DNA of 64,000 nucleotides from an uncultured Gammaproteobacteria bacterium (GTDB lineage: Bacteria > Patescibacteriota > Microgenomatia > Levybacterales > GWA1-39-11). Position numbers and translations under genes: made by a program. Shown piece by piece: positions 54,494-64,000 of this stretch (position 1 is the first letter of the stretch; each line of letters starts with the position of its first letter). The notes under the pieces were generated by a model. It was not told the origin of the DNA and made no database searches. It saw only the letters and a program-made list of their open reading frames with translations. The stretch lies in the NCBI GenBank assembly GCA_964531275.1, contig CAZHDZ010000004.1:3068-67067 (forward strand), written 5' to 3'.

Positions 54494-57400
54494 TTACTCT
54501 GAAGTATTTCCAGCCTCAGGGTCTTCTTTAGTAGCCTCAGCTGCTTCTTCAACAGCGGCTTCATCAGATGGAGCAGTATCCTCAGCAGATGCTTCAGTTG
54601 GTATGTCTTCTTTTTCAGCTTCTTCTACGATCGCCTCGTCAACAGCAGCTTCTGTTTCTTTTTCAACTTCATCAGACTTTGCTTCAGCCTCAATTTCTGG
54701 CTTTTCTTCTACAACAACTTCCTCAACTGGAGGGATGTAATTATCCATCAAATGTTCTCTTACAGGTATAAGTCTTCCAACGATAACATTTTCTTTAAGA
54801 CCGATAAGATTATCTACTTTACCCTCCAAAGAAGCGTCAGTGAGAACCTGTGTTGTTTCTTGGAATGATGCTGCTGACAACCATGAGTCAGTAACAAGTG
54901 CTGATTTTGTGACACCAAGCATTGTTTCTCTTGCTGTAGCTGGCTCTCCGCCCTCAGCAATACCTGCTGCATTCTCATCTTCAAATCTAAGCTTTGAGAT
55001 AAGATCTCCAGGTAGAAGAGATGTGTCTCCTGCTGTTTCGATCATAACCTTGTCAGACATCTTTCTAACAATAGTCTCAAAGTGCTTATAGTGAATTGAG
55101 ATACCCTGTGACTCGTACACGTATTGGATCTGATTGATCAGATATTGTTGAGCTTTTTCAAGGCCACCAACCTTAAGAACATCTTTTGGATCCAAATGTC
55201 CTTCACAAAGTTGTGTTCCGGCAACTACTTGCTCTCCATCTTCAACCAAAAGGCTTGATGCAAGAGGAACAAAATATTCTCTTTCCTCAACTGGTTTTAC
55301 CTTTGTATTCTTAACCTTAACAATATATCCGTCCTCTACCTTCTCAACGCTTACCTTACCGGTGATTTCAGCAACTGGTGCCAAATTCTTTGGACGTCTT
55401 ACCTCAAATAGTTCTTCCACACGAGGTAGACCTTGTGTAACGTCAGACATAACAACTCCTCCAAAGTGCTTAACACGCATAGTAAGCTGAGTTCCAGGCT
55501 CTCCGATTGATTGAGCAGCTATAACTCCAACTGGTGTTCCTAGATCTGCTCTCTTATATGAAGAAAGATCCCATCCATAACATGCTGCACACATTCCATA
55601 TTTGAGTCTGCAGTACATAGGGGTTCTGATATCTGCTGAAAGAACTGAGTCATCCTTAAGGATTTCATTCAATTTCTCATGATCAATATCTTCACCCTTC
55701 TTTACGTATACTTTCTTGCTCTTTTTTGAAGCAATATCTTTCAAAGCAACTCTTCCCAAAAGCATATTAACAATTGGAGTTACATTCTCACGATTCTCTA
55801 ATGGAATATGATATCCCATTGTTGTTCCGCAATCTGCTTCACGGATAATAACGTCATGAGTAACGTCAACGAGACGTCGAGTTAGGTATCCTGCATCTGC
55901 TGTCTTAAGAGCTGAGTCAGTAAGACCTTTTCTTGATCCTCTAGCAGAGTTTACATATTCAAAGATTGAAAGACCTTCTCTAAAGTTAGACTTAATTGGA
56001 AGCTCAACGATACGTCCTAGTGGATCGTAAATAAGACCTCTCATAGCAGCAAGCTGTTTGATCTGATCTTTTCCTGCACGGGCTCCTCCTGAATCAGCAA
56101 TTATTCTAACAATGTCATTCTTAGCAAAAAGATCCCATGTAAGATTTGCCATCTTTTCTGTTACTTCAAGCCATACATGATTCATAAGTCTTTTCTGCTC
56201 AGTAAGAGTGATAAGACCCTGTTGATATTCGTTTTCGATATTTTGAATTTGCTTTTCAGCAGCATCGATAAGAGTATTTTTGTTATCAAGCATCTTCAAA
56301 TCGAATGTTGATACTGAAATTCCTGAAATTGTTGCTGCGTAGAATCCAATTCCCTTAATTCTGTCTATTAGATTTGCAACTTCAACTTCTGAAATATCAA
56401 CCATTGCACGTGTAATAATTTCTCTAATTGTTGAAGCTTTTATTTCTTCATTTACAAAACGCATGCTTTCAGGCAAAGCTTCGTTGAACATGATTCTTCC
56501 CAAAGTTGTTTCAAGAATTTTTCCATCAAACCTGATCATGATCGGCTCTCTTAAAGTAATCATCTTAAGAGAAAGAGCAAGATACCCTTCAGATGGATCT
56601 GAGAACATAGGAAGTGTCTCTTTTCTCTTTGATTCGTCAATGCTTGTAAGATAGAACGTACCAAGAGCCATTTCCTTGTTTGGAAGGGTTATTGGATTAC
56701 CATCAGCTGGTTTCAAAAGATTTGATGCAGGCATCATAAGCTGGATAGCCTCATCTTGAGCTCTTTGTGAAAGAGGTACGTGAATAGCCATTTGATCTCC
56801 GTCAAAGTCAGCATTGTAACCTGCGCAAACACAAGGATGGATCTTAATAGCACTTCCCTCAACTAACACAGGATAGAAAGCCTGGATACCGAGTTTGTGA
56901 AGGGTGGGGGCACGATTCAAAAGAACTGGGTGATTTCTTGTGATTTCTTCCAAGATATCAAACACTTCTGGTGGTCTCTTTTCAATATATCTCTTTGCAG
57001 CCTTTGCATTTGGAGTTGTAAGTCCTCGTGCAATAACTTCACGGATAACAAAAGGCTTAAATAATTCAAGTGCCATTTCCTTTGGAAGTCCGCACTGATT
57101 AAGAGACAATTCAGGTCCAACGATAATAACTGAACGTCCTGAGTAATCTACACGCTTTCCAAGAAGGTTCTTTCTAAAACGTCCCTGCTTTCCACGGAGC
57201 ACGTCAGAAAGTGACTTAAATTGTCTTTGAGTCGAAGAAGCCCTTATTGATGTGTCGATAAGGTAATCAACTGATTCCTGAAGCATTCTCTTCTCATTTC
57301 TTAAAATGATTTCTGGCGCTCCAAGAGAAATAAGATGGTTAAGTCTGTTATTTCTATTGATTACTCTTCTATATAGATCGTTAAGATCAGAAGTAGCAAA

Positions 57401-58498
57401 TCTTCCTCCGTTAAGTTGAACCATAGGACGAAGATCTGGTGGCAATACAGGAAGAACCCGAAGAACCATTGATGAAAGGTCAAATCCTGCTTCATTTATA
57501 GCCTCGATAAGATGGAGTCTCTTAAGTAATTTCAATTGCTTTTGGCCTGAAGACTTTCCTTCTTCTTCTCTTAGTTCTCCAATGATCTTTGGAATATCCA
57601 TCTGCTCGATTGCATGAAGGATGGCACCAGCTCCTGTTTCTACCTCAAAGAAGATGATTACATCATATTCAAGTAGTCTTACATATTCTTCTTCTGAAAG
57701 AACGTTCCAGGTCTTAAGACCTTTTACGATATCACCGATTCTGTCAAAAATTTCTTCAATGCGTGAGCCTTCATTTTCTAGTCTCTTATCAAGAGCTGCA
57801 TTCTTCTGCTTGTAGTTAACTCTTTGCTCTTCAAGAACTAGTTCTTTTCTCTCTTTCTTAAGAGTAGATTCTGTATCTTTGAATTTTTCTTTTTCTTCAG
57901 CAGAAAGTCTAGCTTTTTCATCTTCAATGGTCTTTTTAAGATCATCTAGTCTCATTTGTTTTGCTTCTTCAAGCTTAGACTGTGCTTCTTTTCTCTTTTC
58001 TTCATCAATTGTTGTTACCAAGTAACTTGCGTAATAAATAATTGATTCAAGCTCTTTTTGAGATGTTCCAAGAAGAGTTGAAAGCTTTGAAGGTGATCCC
58101 TTTGAGAACCATACATGAATTACAGGTGCTGCAAGGGTAATATGACCCATTCTTTCACGTCTTACGCGAGAGTAAGTAACTTCTACTCCACATCGGTCGC
58201 AGACAATTCCCTTATAACGAATTCTCTTGTACTTTCCGCAATAACATTCGAAGTCACGCGTAGGTCCAAAGATTCTCTCGTCAAAAAGTCCGTCTTTTTC
58301 AGCCCTGAAGGTTCTGTAATTAATTGTTTCTGGCTTAGTAACTTCTCCATATGACCAATTCTTTATGTCGTCTGGAGATGCTACGGTAATTCTAAGACCT
58401 TCAAAGTCTGAAATATTAATCACATCATTTCTTCGATGTGTTACTTTTGGAGCGAATGCTCCATCTCTATATTGTTGATTTCCGTCTTGTGGTTCCAT
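54494..58498 (-). CDS. rpoC: DNA-directed RNA polymerase beta' subunit
   Basis: KPETINYRT, Zn finger CYCGKYK, GKRVDYSGRSVI, NADFDGD, TADAGYLTRRL, IGEPGTQLT; acidic C-tail. Confidence 0.99.
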   Translation of the reverse strand: MEPQDGNQQYRDGAFAPKVTHRRNDVINISDFEGLRITVASPDDIKNWSYGEVTKPETINYRTFRAEKDGLFDERIFGPTRDFECYCGKYKRIRYKGIVCDRCGVEVTYSRVRRERMGHITLAAPVIHVWFSKGSPSKLSTLLGTSQKELESIIYYASYLVTTIDEEKRKEAQSKLEEAKQMRLDDLKKTIEDEKARLSAEEKEKFKDTESTLKKERKELVLEEQRVNYKQKNAALDKRLENEGSRIEEIFDRIGDIVKGLKTWNVLSEEEYVRLLEYDVIIFFEVETGAGAILHAIEQMDIPKIIGELREEEGKSSGQKQLKLLKRLHLIEAINEAGFDLSSMVLRVLPVLPPDLRPMVQLNGGRFATSDLNDLYRRVINRNNRLNHLISLGAPEIILRNEKRMLQESVDYLIDTSIRASSTQRQFKSLSDVLRGKQGRFRKNLLGKRVDYSGRSVIIVGPELSLNQCGLPKEMALELFKPFVIREVIARGLTTPNAKAAKRYIEKRPPEVFDILEEITRNHPVLLNRAPTLHKLGIQAFYPVLVEGSAIKIHPCVCAGYNADFDGDQMAIHVPLSQRAQDEAIQLMMPASNLLKPADGNPITLPNKEMALGTFYLTSIDESKRKETLPMFSDPSEGYLALSLKMITLREPIMIRFDGKILETTLGRIMFNEALPESMRFVNEEIKASTIREIITRAMVDISEVEVANLIDRIKGIGFYAATISGISVSTFDLKMLDNKNTLIDAAEKQIQNIENEYQQGLITLTEQKRLMNHVWLEVTEKMANLTWDLFAKNDIVRIIADSGGARAGKDQIKQLAAMRGLIYDPLGRIVELPIKSNFREGLSIFEYVNSARGSRKGLTDSALKTADAGYLTRRLVDVTHDVIIREADCGTTMGYHIPLENRENVTPIVNMLLGRVALKDIASKKSKKVYVKKGEDIDHEKLNEILKDDSVLSADIRTPMYCRLKYGMCAACYGWDLSSYKRADLGTPVGVIAAQSIGEPGTQLTMRVKHFGGVVMSDVTQGLPRVEELFEVRRPKNLAPVAEITGKVSVEKVEDGYIVKVKNTKVKPVEEREYFVPLASSLLVEDGEQVVAGTQLCEGHLDPKDVLKVGGLEKAQQYLINQIQYVYESQGISIHYKHFETIVRKMSDKVMIETAGDTSLLPGDLISKLRFEDENAAGIAEGGEPATARETMLGVTKSALVTDSWLSAASFQETTQVLTDASLEGKVDNLIGLKENVIVGRLIPVREHLMDNYIPPVEEVVVEEKPEIEAEAKSDEVEKETEAAVDEAIVEEAEKEDIPTEASAEDTAPSDEAAVEEAAEATKEDPEAGNTSE

Positions 58499-58504
58499 AG
58501 TAAT

Positions 58505-61500
58505 TTAGTTCTCCTCTCCTTCTGTTGGCGCTACGAGATCTTCCTCTGTTGGTTCTGTCTGTTGGACTGACTCTACTATAAGCTCTGCTTCAGGAGTTAG
58601 GACATCATCTGTCTCAGTTGTCTCAACGGCTGAACTCTCAAGTACTTCCTTTAATTCTTCAGCTTCTTTCTTAACTTCCTCGCTTGCTTCCACTTCATCT
58701 TCTTCAGGTGCAACGACCGCTGCTGTAGGTTGAATATTCATACCCAATGATTGAAGTTCTCGGATAAGAACCTTGAATGATTCAGGCACTTTAGGTGTTG
58801 GGATATCTACACCTTTAATAATAGCTTCAAATGCCTTGGCCCTGCCTGCAACGTCATCTGATTTAATTGTTAACATTTCCTGAAGTGTATAAGCTGCTCG
58901 ATGTGACTCAAGAGCCCAAACTTCCATCTCTCCAAGTCTCTGTCCTCCCATTTGAGCCTTTCCTCCGAGAGGCTGTTGGGTAACAAGAGAGTATGGACCT
59001 GTAGATCTAGCATGTGTCTTATCCTCAACCATGTGGATAAGCTTCATGATATATCCGATTCCAACAACTACATTATTCTCGTATGCGTCTCCAGTTCTTG
59101 CATCATACATTTTCACTTTTGCATCCGCTGGAATTCCAGCTTCTTTCATGAGCGCAAAAAGTCTTTCCTCTTCTGTCTTTTCAAATACTGGAACTGCTAT
59201 TTTATCACCTAATCTCTTCGCTGCCCACCCTGCATGTGCTTCAAGCAATTGTCCTAGATTCATACGACCAAGCACTGAGATAGGTGAAATCATAATATCA
59301 ACTGGTGTTCCGTCTTCTAGATAAGGCATGTCAGATTGTGGAACGATCTTTGAGATAACACCCTTATTTCCATGACGTCCAGCAAGTTTGTCTCCAACAA
59401 CAACGTGTCTTAATTGAGCAACTTCGATATGAAGTTTTCTAATAGTGCCTGGCTCTAACTCATCACCCTTGTCACGATCAAGAACCTGAATGCTTGTAAC
59501 AATTCCGTGCTCTCCGTGTGGCATTCTCAAAGATGTGTCTCGTACTTCACGAGCCTTTTCTCCAAAGATTGCTCGAAGCAATCTTTCTTCTGCTGTAAGT
59601 TCAGTTTCTCCTTTTGGAGCAATCTTACCAACCAAGATGTCTCCTGGGTTAACTTCAGATCCAACTACAACAATTCCCTCTTCATCAAGATTTGCAAGAT
59701 CTTCTTCAGCTACATTTGGAATGTCTCTTGTTGTTTCTTCTGGACCTAGCTTTGTATCAACAACAGTTGCTTCATATTTTTCTATATGAACAGAGCTTAG
59801 CTCATCATCTTTTACAAGTCTGTCCGAAATAACGATAGCGTCCTCGTATCCAAGTCCATCATAAGATGCGTATGCAATGAGGAGATTCTTACCTAGTGCC
59901 AATTCTCCATTGTCAGTTGCAGGTCCGTCAACAAGAACGTCTCCCTTTTTAACTTTTTGGCCTGTAAATACAACTGGTTTTTCTGAGAAATAAGTATTTT
60001 GAGCAGTTCTTTTGAATTTTTCGACATCAAATTCAACTTTTCCGTCTTTACCTTCAAGAATAACCTTATTTGCGTCTACGAAGCTTATTTCACCGTCGAA
60101 TGGAGCTTTTACAACTCTACCCAAGGCTTCAGCAACTGTTGCTTCCATACCTGTTCCAACAACTGGAGACTCAGTCTTAATTAATGGCACAGCCTGACAT
60201 TGCATGTGTGTTCCCATCAGTGCACGGTTTGCTTCGTCATGGTCAACAAAAGGAATAAGCGAAGCAGAAGTTCCAACTACCTGACGTGGAATAACGTCAA
60301 TATATTGTATCTTTGATCGCTCTACTTCGAGATATTCTCCACGATGTCTTGCAGGAACAAGCTCATCAACGATATAACCATCGTCATCGATAGCAATATC
60401 AGCATGTGTGATAAATTTATCTGCCTCAACATCAGCATCAAGGTAAACGATCTCACTTGTTACCTTTGTAACTGTCTTGCTTCCCTTTTTCTCTTGGACA
60501 ACAACTCTATATGGAGCTTCTAAGAAACCGAATTCATTAACCCGCGCATAGAGAGCAAGGTAAGTAACAAGTCCGATATTTGGACCTTCAGGGCTTCTTA
60601 CAGGACAAATCTTAGAATACTGGGAAGCGTTGATGTCACGAATTGAGAATGAGGCTCTTTCTCTTGAGATACCACCAGTACCCATAACGGTAAGACGTCT
60701 TAAATTGTCAATTTCTGCAAGTGGATTTGTCTGATCAAGAATAGCTGAAAGTTGAGAGGTTCGGAAAAATTCATTAATTGCTGCAATTATTGGATGAGCG
60801 TTAATAAAATGTGATGGCGAATAAATTTCATCAGTAGAAGTCAAAGACATCTTTTCTTTAATAATTCTCTCAAGTCGTAGTGCACCAACTCTAAATGCCG
60901 TTGTCTGAACTAATTCTCCAACGCTTCTAATACGTCTGTTTGCCAAGTGGTCGATATCATCAACTTTACCTTTGCCCTGTGAAAGTCCAATAAGGTACTT
61001 CATGATACCGATTATGTCTTCTACTGCAAGCGTTACTACCTCTGTATCAACATCTTTATTAAGTCCATCAAGCTTCTTATTGATCTTGTATCTTCCGACT
61101 CTTGAAAGGTCATATCTTCTTCTGTCAAAGAATGTGTCTCTGAAATTCTGTCTTATTGTGTCAATAACAACTGGTTCTCCTGGGTTAAGTTTTTTAAATA
61201 TTTCAATAAGTGCATCGGTTGAACCCTTTGCTTCATCTTTTTCAAGAGTATTTTTGAGGATAATGTCAGCACCTTCTGTGTCTGCAAATTTTTCGTAAAT
61301 TTCTTCATTTGTTTCGATGCCTAATGATTTTAGGAAAACTGTTGCGAGGAATTTCTTTCTTCTATCAATTCTTACGACAATCATGTCGGTTCTGGTTGTT
61401 GAGATTTCGAGCCATGATCCATGAACAGGTCTTAACTCTGCTGTATATAGGGTTTTTCCGGTAATTGGATCTTCAGCTCCAGTGAAAAATACCCCTGGGC

Positions 61501-61906
61501 TTCTTACGATTTGGTTAACGATAACTCTTTCAATACCATTTACGATAAATGTTGCACGATCAGTCATCTTTGGTACTTCACCAAGAAAAACTTCTTGAGT
61601 TACTTTCTTTCCGGTCTTTTTATTGAGGAGGGTTGCTTCTACTGTTAATGGAGAGAAGAACGTGAGACCTTTTCTCATTGCCAATTCTTCTGTGATTTTA
61701 GGTTCGCCGAGCTTATATTCTGAAAGACTTAGTTCCCAGTTCTTGCCTGTAAAGTCTTCTATTGGGGAAATTTCATTAATAACTTCTTCTACTCCTTCGC
61801 GGATGAACCACTTGTAAGATGCCTTTTGAATCCCCAAAAGATCCATTTCTGGGAGCTTTGCTACCTGCTTGCCCCAATATTGTCTTATTTTAGTTTGTTT
61901 GATCAT
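58505..61906 (-). CDS. rpoB: DNA-directed RNA polymerase beta subunit
   Basis: RSPG, DDIDHLANRR, PEGPNIGL, GDKLAGRHGNKG, GGQRLGEME; start set to ATG 61906. Confidence 0.99.
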   Translation of the reverse strand: MIKQTKIRQYWGKQVAKLPEMDLLGIQKASYKWFIREGVEEVINEISPIEDFTGKNWELSLSEYKLGEPKITEELAMRKGLTFFSPLTVEATLLNKKTGKKVTQEVFLGEVPKMTDRATFIVNGIERVIVNQIVRSPGVFFTGAEDPITGKTLYTAELRPVHGSWLEISTTRTDMIVVRIDRRKKFLATVFLKSLGIETNEEIYEKFADTEGADIILKNTLEKDEAKGSTDALIEIFKKLNPGEPVVIDTIRQNFRDTFFDRRRYDLSRVGRYKINKKLDGLNKDVDTEVVTLAVEDIIGIMKYLIGLSQGKGKVDDIDHLANRRIRSVGELVQTTAFRVGALRLERIIKEKMSLTSTDEIYSPSHFINAHPIIAAINEFFRTSQLSAILDQTNPLAEIDNLRRLTVMGTGGISRERASFSIRDINASQYSKICPVRSPEGPNIGLVTYLALYARVNEFGFLEAPYRVVVQEKKGSKTVTKVTSEIVYLDADVEADKFITHADIAIDDDGYIVDELVPARHRGEYLEVERSKIQYIDVIPRQVVGTSASLIPFVDHDEANRALMGTHMQCQAVPLIKTESPVVGTGMEATVAEALGRVVKAPFDGEISFVDANKVILEGKDGKVEFDVEKFKRTAQNTYFSEKPVVFTGQKVKKGDVLVDGPATDNGELALGKNLLIAYASYDGLGYEDAIVISDRLVKDDELSSVHIEKYEATVVDTKLGPEETTRDIPNVAEEDLANLDEEGIVVVGSEVNPGDILVGKIAPKGETELTAEERLLRAIFGEKAREVRDTSLRMPHGEHGIVTSIQVLDRDKGDELEPGTIRKLHIEVAQLRHVVVGDKLAGRHGNKGVISKIVPQSDMPYLEDGTPVDIMISPISVLGRMNLGQLLEAHAGWAAKRLGDKIAVPVFEKTEEERLFALMKEAGIPADAKVKMYDARTGDAYENNVVVGIGYIMKLIHMVEDKTHARSTGPYSLVTQQPLGGKAQMGGQRLGEMEVWALESHRAAYTLQEMLTIKSDDVAGRAKAFEAIIKGVDIPTPKVPESFKVLIRELQSLGMNIQPTAAVVAPEEDEVEASEEVKKEAEELKEVLESSAVETTETDDVLTPEAELIVESVQQTEPTEEDLVAPTEGEEN

Positions 61907-61940
61907 CGGAAATAAAATTGAAGTTGGCTTCCAACTCACG

Positions 61941-62019
61941 AAAAAAAACGATGAGTGTACAAACACCCATCTTTTTTTACATGTTGTTTACATATACAGG
62001 ATATAAAAAGCTTTGTCAA
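61941..62019 (-). promoter_or_regulatory. rpoB promoter and leader hairpin + U-tract
   Basis: TTGACA-17-TATATG (62019-61991), followed by GATGGGTGT-ttgt-ACACTCATC-G-U8 (61941-61971). Confidence 0.6.
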
Positions 62020-62046
62020 TACCATACTTGAGACCTAGCCTCAAGA

Positions 62047-62997
62047 TTAGTTCAAATATCTCTCTATATTTTGATTATGCTCGGAAAGTGTCTTTGAAAA
62101 ATGCACATTTCCCTTGGTGTCATGGATGTAATAATAGTAACCACTTGAGGCTGGCTCTTTTGCTGCTTTTATAGCCTCGATTCCTGGATTTGCTATTGCT
62201 CCAGGAGGTGTACCTGCATTCTTATATGTATTATATGGCGAATCAATCTGTCGATCGATCCCCATTGGCACTGACCACCACTTACCCTGGGCGTTCTTTC
62301 CCTTGGCGTACTGAAGCGTTGCATCTATATCAAGAGCCATTCCATCATTGAGTCTATTGTAAAGAACTGATGCTATGAGTGGCTTTTCATCATCTCGCAA
62401 CGCCTCACGTTCAATCAAAGAGGCTAGTATAATAATCTCATCAAGCTTAGGGTCTTCGGAAGAAAGACCTATTTCTTCAATTTTTCTTGTAAAATTCCCT
62501 TTCAAGATAGAGATAACAGCCGCTGCATCTGCGTCTTTTGGAATTAAATACGTATCAGGAAATAGATATCCTTCCTCTGCTTTTAGAGTTGCTATCCAAC
62601 TAGGATCATATGTAGGAATTTCGCGCTGTAAAATCTCTGCTATCTCCTCAGAGCGCAAACCTTCTGGAATTGTCACCCATGTATCAACAGTTCCGTGCCT
62701 AATTGTATCCATAATTTTAGGTAAATCCATTGAAGGAGATAATTTATAAGAGCCTGCCTGAATTGCCTGATCCATATTGTTCTGCTTGATATATATGAAG
62801 AAGACCACTGGGTCCTTAATGAGACCTTGGGTTTTAAGTTCATTTCCAACCGTACGAACCGCAGCCCCTTTTGGAATAACAAATACTTTACTTGTTGTGT
62901 CTTTTGAATTGACAGCAGCAAGGCCATTTTTCCACCACAATGAAAATATACCGAAAATAATAATGCCAATAATAATAACAGTGAGGAGTTTTCGCAT
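62047..62997 (-). CDS. mltG: Endolytic transglycosylase MltG
   Basis: N-terminal TM; AGSY.L, VTIPEG, EGYLFPDTY, ASLIERE, NRL, DAT, SPYNTY, PPGAIANPG. Confidence 0.93.
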   Translation of the reverse strand: MRKLLTVIIIGIIIFGIFSLWWKNGLAAVNSKDTTSKVFVIPKGAAVRTVGNELKTQGLIKDPVVFFIYIKQNNMDQAIQAGSYKLSPSMDLPKIMDTIRHGTVDTWVTIPEGLRSEEIAEILQREIPTYDPSWIATLKAEEGYLFPDTYLIPKDADAAAVISILKGNFTRKIEEIGLSSEDPKLDEIIILASLIEREALRDDEKPLIASVLYNRLNDGMALDIDATLQYAKGKNAQGKWWSVPMGIDRQIDSPYNTYKNAGTPPGAIANPGIEAIKAAKEPASSGYYYYIHDTKGNVHFSKTLSEHNQNIERYLN

Positions 62998-63030
62998 GAA
63001 TCTTTTCTATTCTAACATAAACACTAAATA

Positions 63031-63660
63031 CTACTTTGAGCTTGAGAACGCTACTTTTATTCCAAGAAGAATTAAGGCTACGCCAATAAATCTCTCGGCA
63101 ACATGTTGCACTTTACGGATTTTGCTTTTAAATAAATGATGAGAAAAAATAAACGCTATGAACATGAACCAAATCGCAGTGGCAATAGACATCTCAGCAC
63201 CCATAATAAGTTTTACAAAAAGTGGCGTCTGAGGCTCAATAACTAAGGTGAAAAGACTTAAGAAAAATAGAGTTGCTTTCGGATTAAGAACATTTGTCAA
63301 AAATCCAATACGAACTGCTTTTAAAGAAGATATATCCTCCTGTATAACGACTTCGCTGTCTTTCTCTTTTTTTGACTTTGCAGTTAACGATTTGTAGCCG
63401 ATATATATAAGATAAGCAGCTCCAAGATATTTAATAATCGAGAATAGAACAACAGACTGAGAGATAATAAGCCCAATTCCTATCAGAGAGTATGCAACAT
63501 GAACCAAAATTCCAAGACCTAACCCTATAGCTGAATACATTCCTGTCTTTCTTGAATACACAAGACTGCTTCTTGTTATCATCATAAAATCAGGGCCAGG
63601 ACTAATAACGGCAAGGAGATGAATAACAGCAACGGTTAGAATAATCGATACATATTCCAT
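63031..63660 (-). CDS. LysE/RhtB family amino-acid exporter
   Basis: SPGPDF, GAAYLIYIG, GFLTNVLNPKA. Confidence 0.92.
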   Translation of the reverse strand: MEYVSIILTVAVIHLLAVISPGPDFMMITRSSLVYSRKTGMYSAIGLGLGILVHVAYSLIGIGLIISQSVVLFSIIKYLGAAYLIYIGYKSLTAKSKKEKDSEVVIQEDISSLKAVRIGFLTNVLNPKATLFFLSLFTLVIEPQTPLFVKLIMGAEMSIATAIWFMFIAFIFSHHLFKSKIRKVQHVAERFIGVALILLGIKVAFSSSK

Positions 63661-63688
63661 GAATTAATTTTAACATAGGCTTGAAATG

Positions 63689-64000
63689 CTATCTGATAAC
63701 AACAGCCCCACTAGCTTCGGGGACCTTTTTAAATAATATATATCTCTTACCTACCAAAATTCTTACAAAATTATTCTCAACTATATCTGCCTTGGGAATT
63801 GCCTCAATACTGCCGTATTGCTCTTTTAAAGCAATACCAGATGCAGTAATCTCTTTTTCTGCTTGCAGAATTCTTTGGTCTGCCTCATTTAACTGCACAG
63901 GAATAACTTCTCCGTTAAGCGTGAACTCTTCAATTACTTTTCTTGTATCTTTCAATTTCTTATCGGTTCTTGCAAATTTCAATCCATCATAGTGATCACG
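63689..64000 (-). CDS. Hypothetical protein, 3' part (start outside window)
   Basis: The minus-strand frame stays open from the window edge to the stop at 63689. Confidence 0.4.
   Translation of the reverse strand, partial: RDHYDGLKFARTDKKLKDTRKVIEEFTLNGEVIPVQLNEADQRILQAEKEITASGIALKEQYGSIEAIPKADIVENNFVRILVGKRYILFKKVPEASGAVVIR

Overview
A 64-kb chromosomal segment of a low-GC bacterium that uses genetic code 11. It most likely belongs to the Candidate Phyla Radiation (Patescibacteria, Microgenomates-like). This is an inference from the absence of rpmD (uL30), the orphan VirD4-like ATPase, the Cys-rich repeat proteins and the many PT-rich secreted proteins. The core genes lie on the minus strand: rpoB-rpoC-rpsL-rpsG, fusA, tuf, rpsJ and the rplC...secY-adk ribosomal cluster. 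The classical str/S10 super-operon is broken by ~10 kb and ~27 kb accessory blocks. These blocks carry a LexA/UmuD-like repressor plus a Y-family polymerase with a GAAC-N4-GTTC operator in its promoter spacer, an ABC exporter, a STAND-wHTH regulator, a Rpf-like protein, a GH18 hydrolase, topoisomerase IB, AlkA, a two-subunit ATP-citrate lyase coupled to murB, guaA and several orphans. Two genes missed by the ORF track were found: rpmJ (relocated between rplX and rplE) and a partial third NMP kinase at the left edge. The most unusual signals are non-coding: (i) arrays of GC-GNA-GC mini-hairpin repeats between convergent genes; (ii) a pair of ~100-bp covarying hairpin elements at gene 3' ends that bracket murB-aclAB; (iii) heptamer-periodic hairpins at junctions within operons; (iv) a synonymous-diverged duplicate of a gene's 3' end; (v) hairpin+U-tract leaders on housekeeping transcripts; (vi) pervasive leaderless promoters. 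No rRNA, tRNA, CRISPR array, transposase or integrase was seen.
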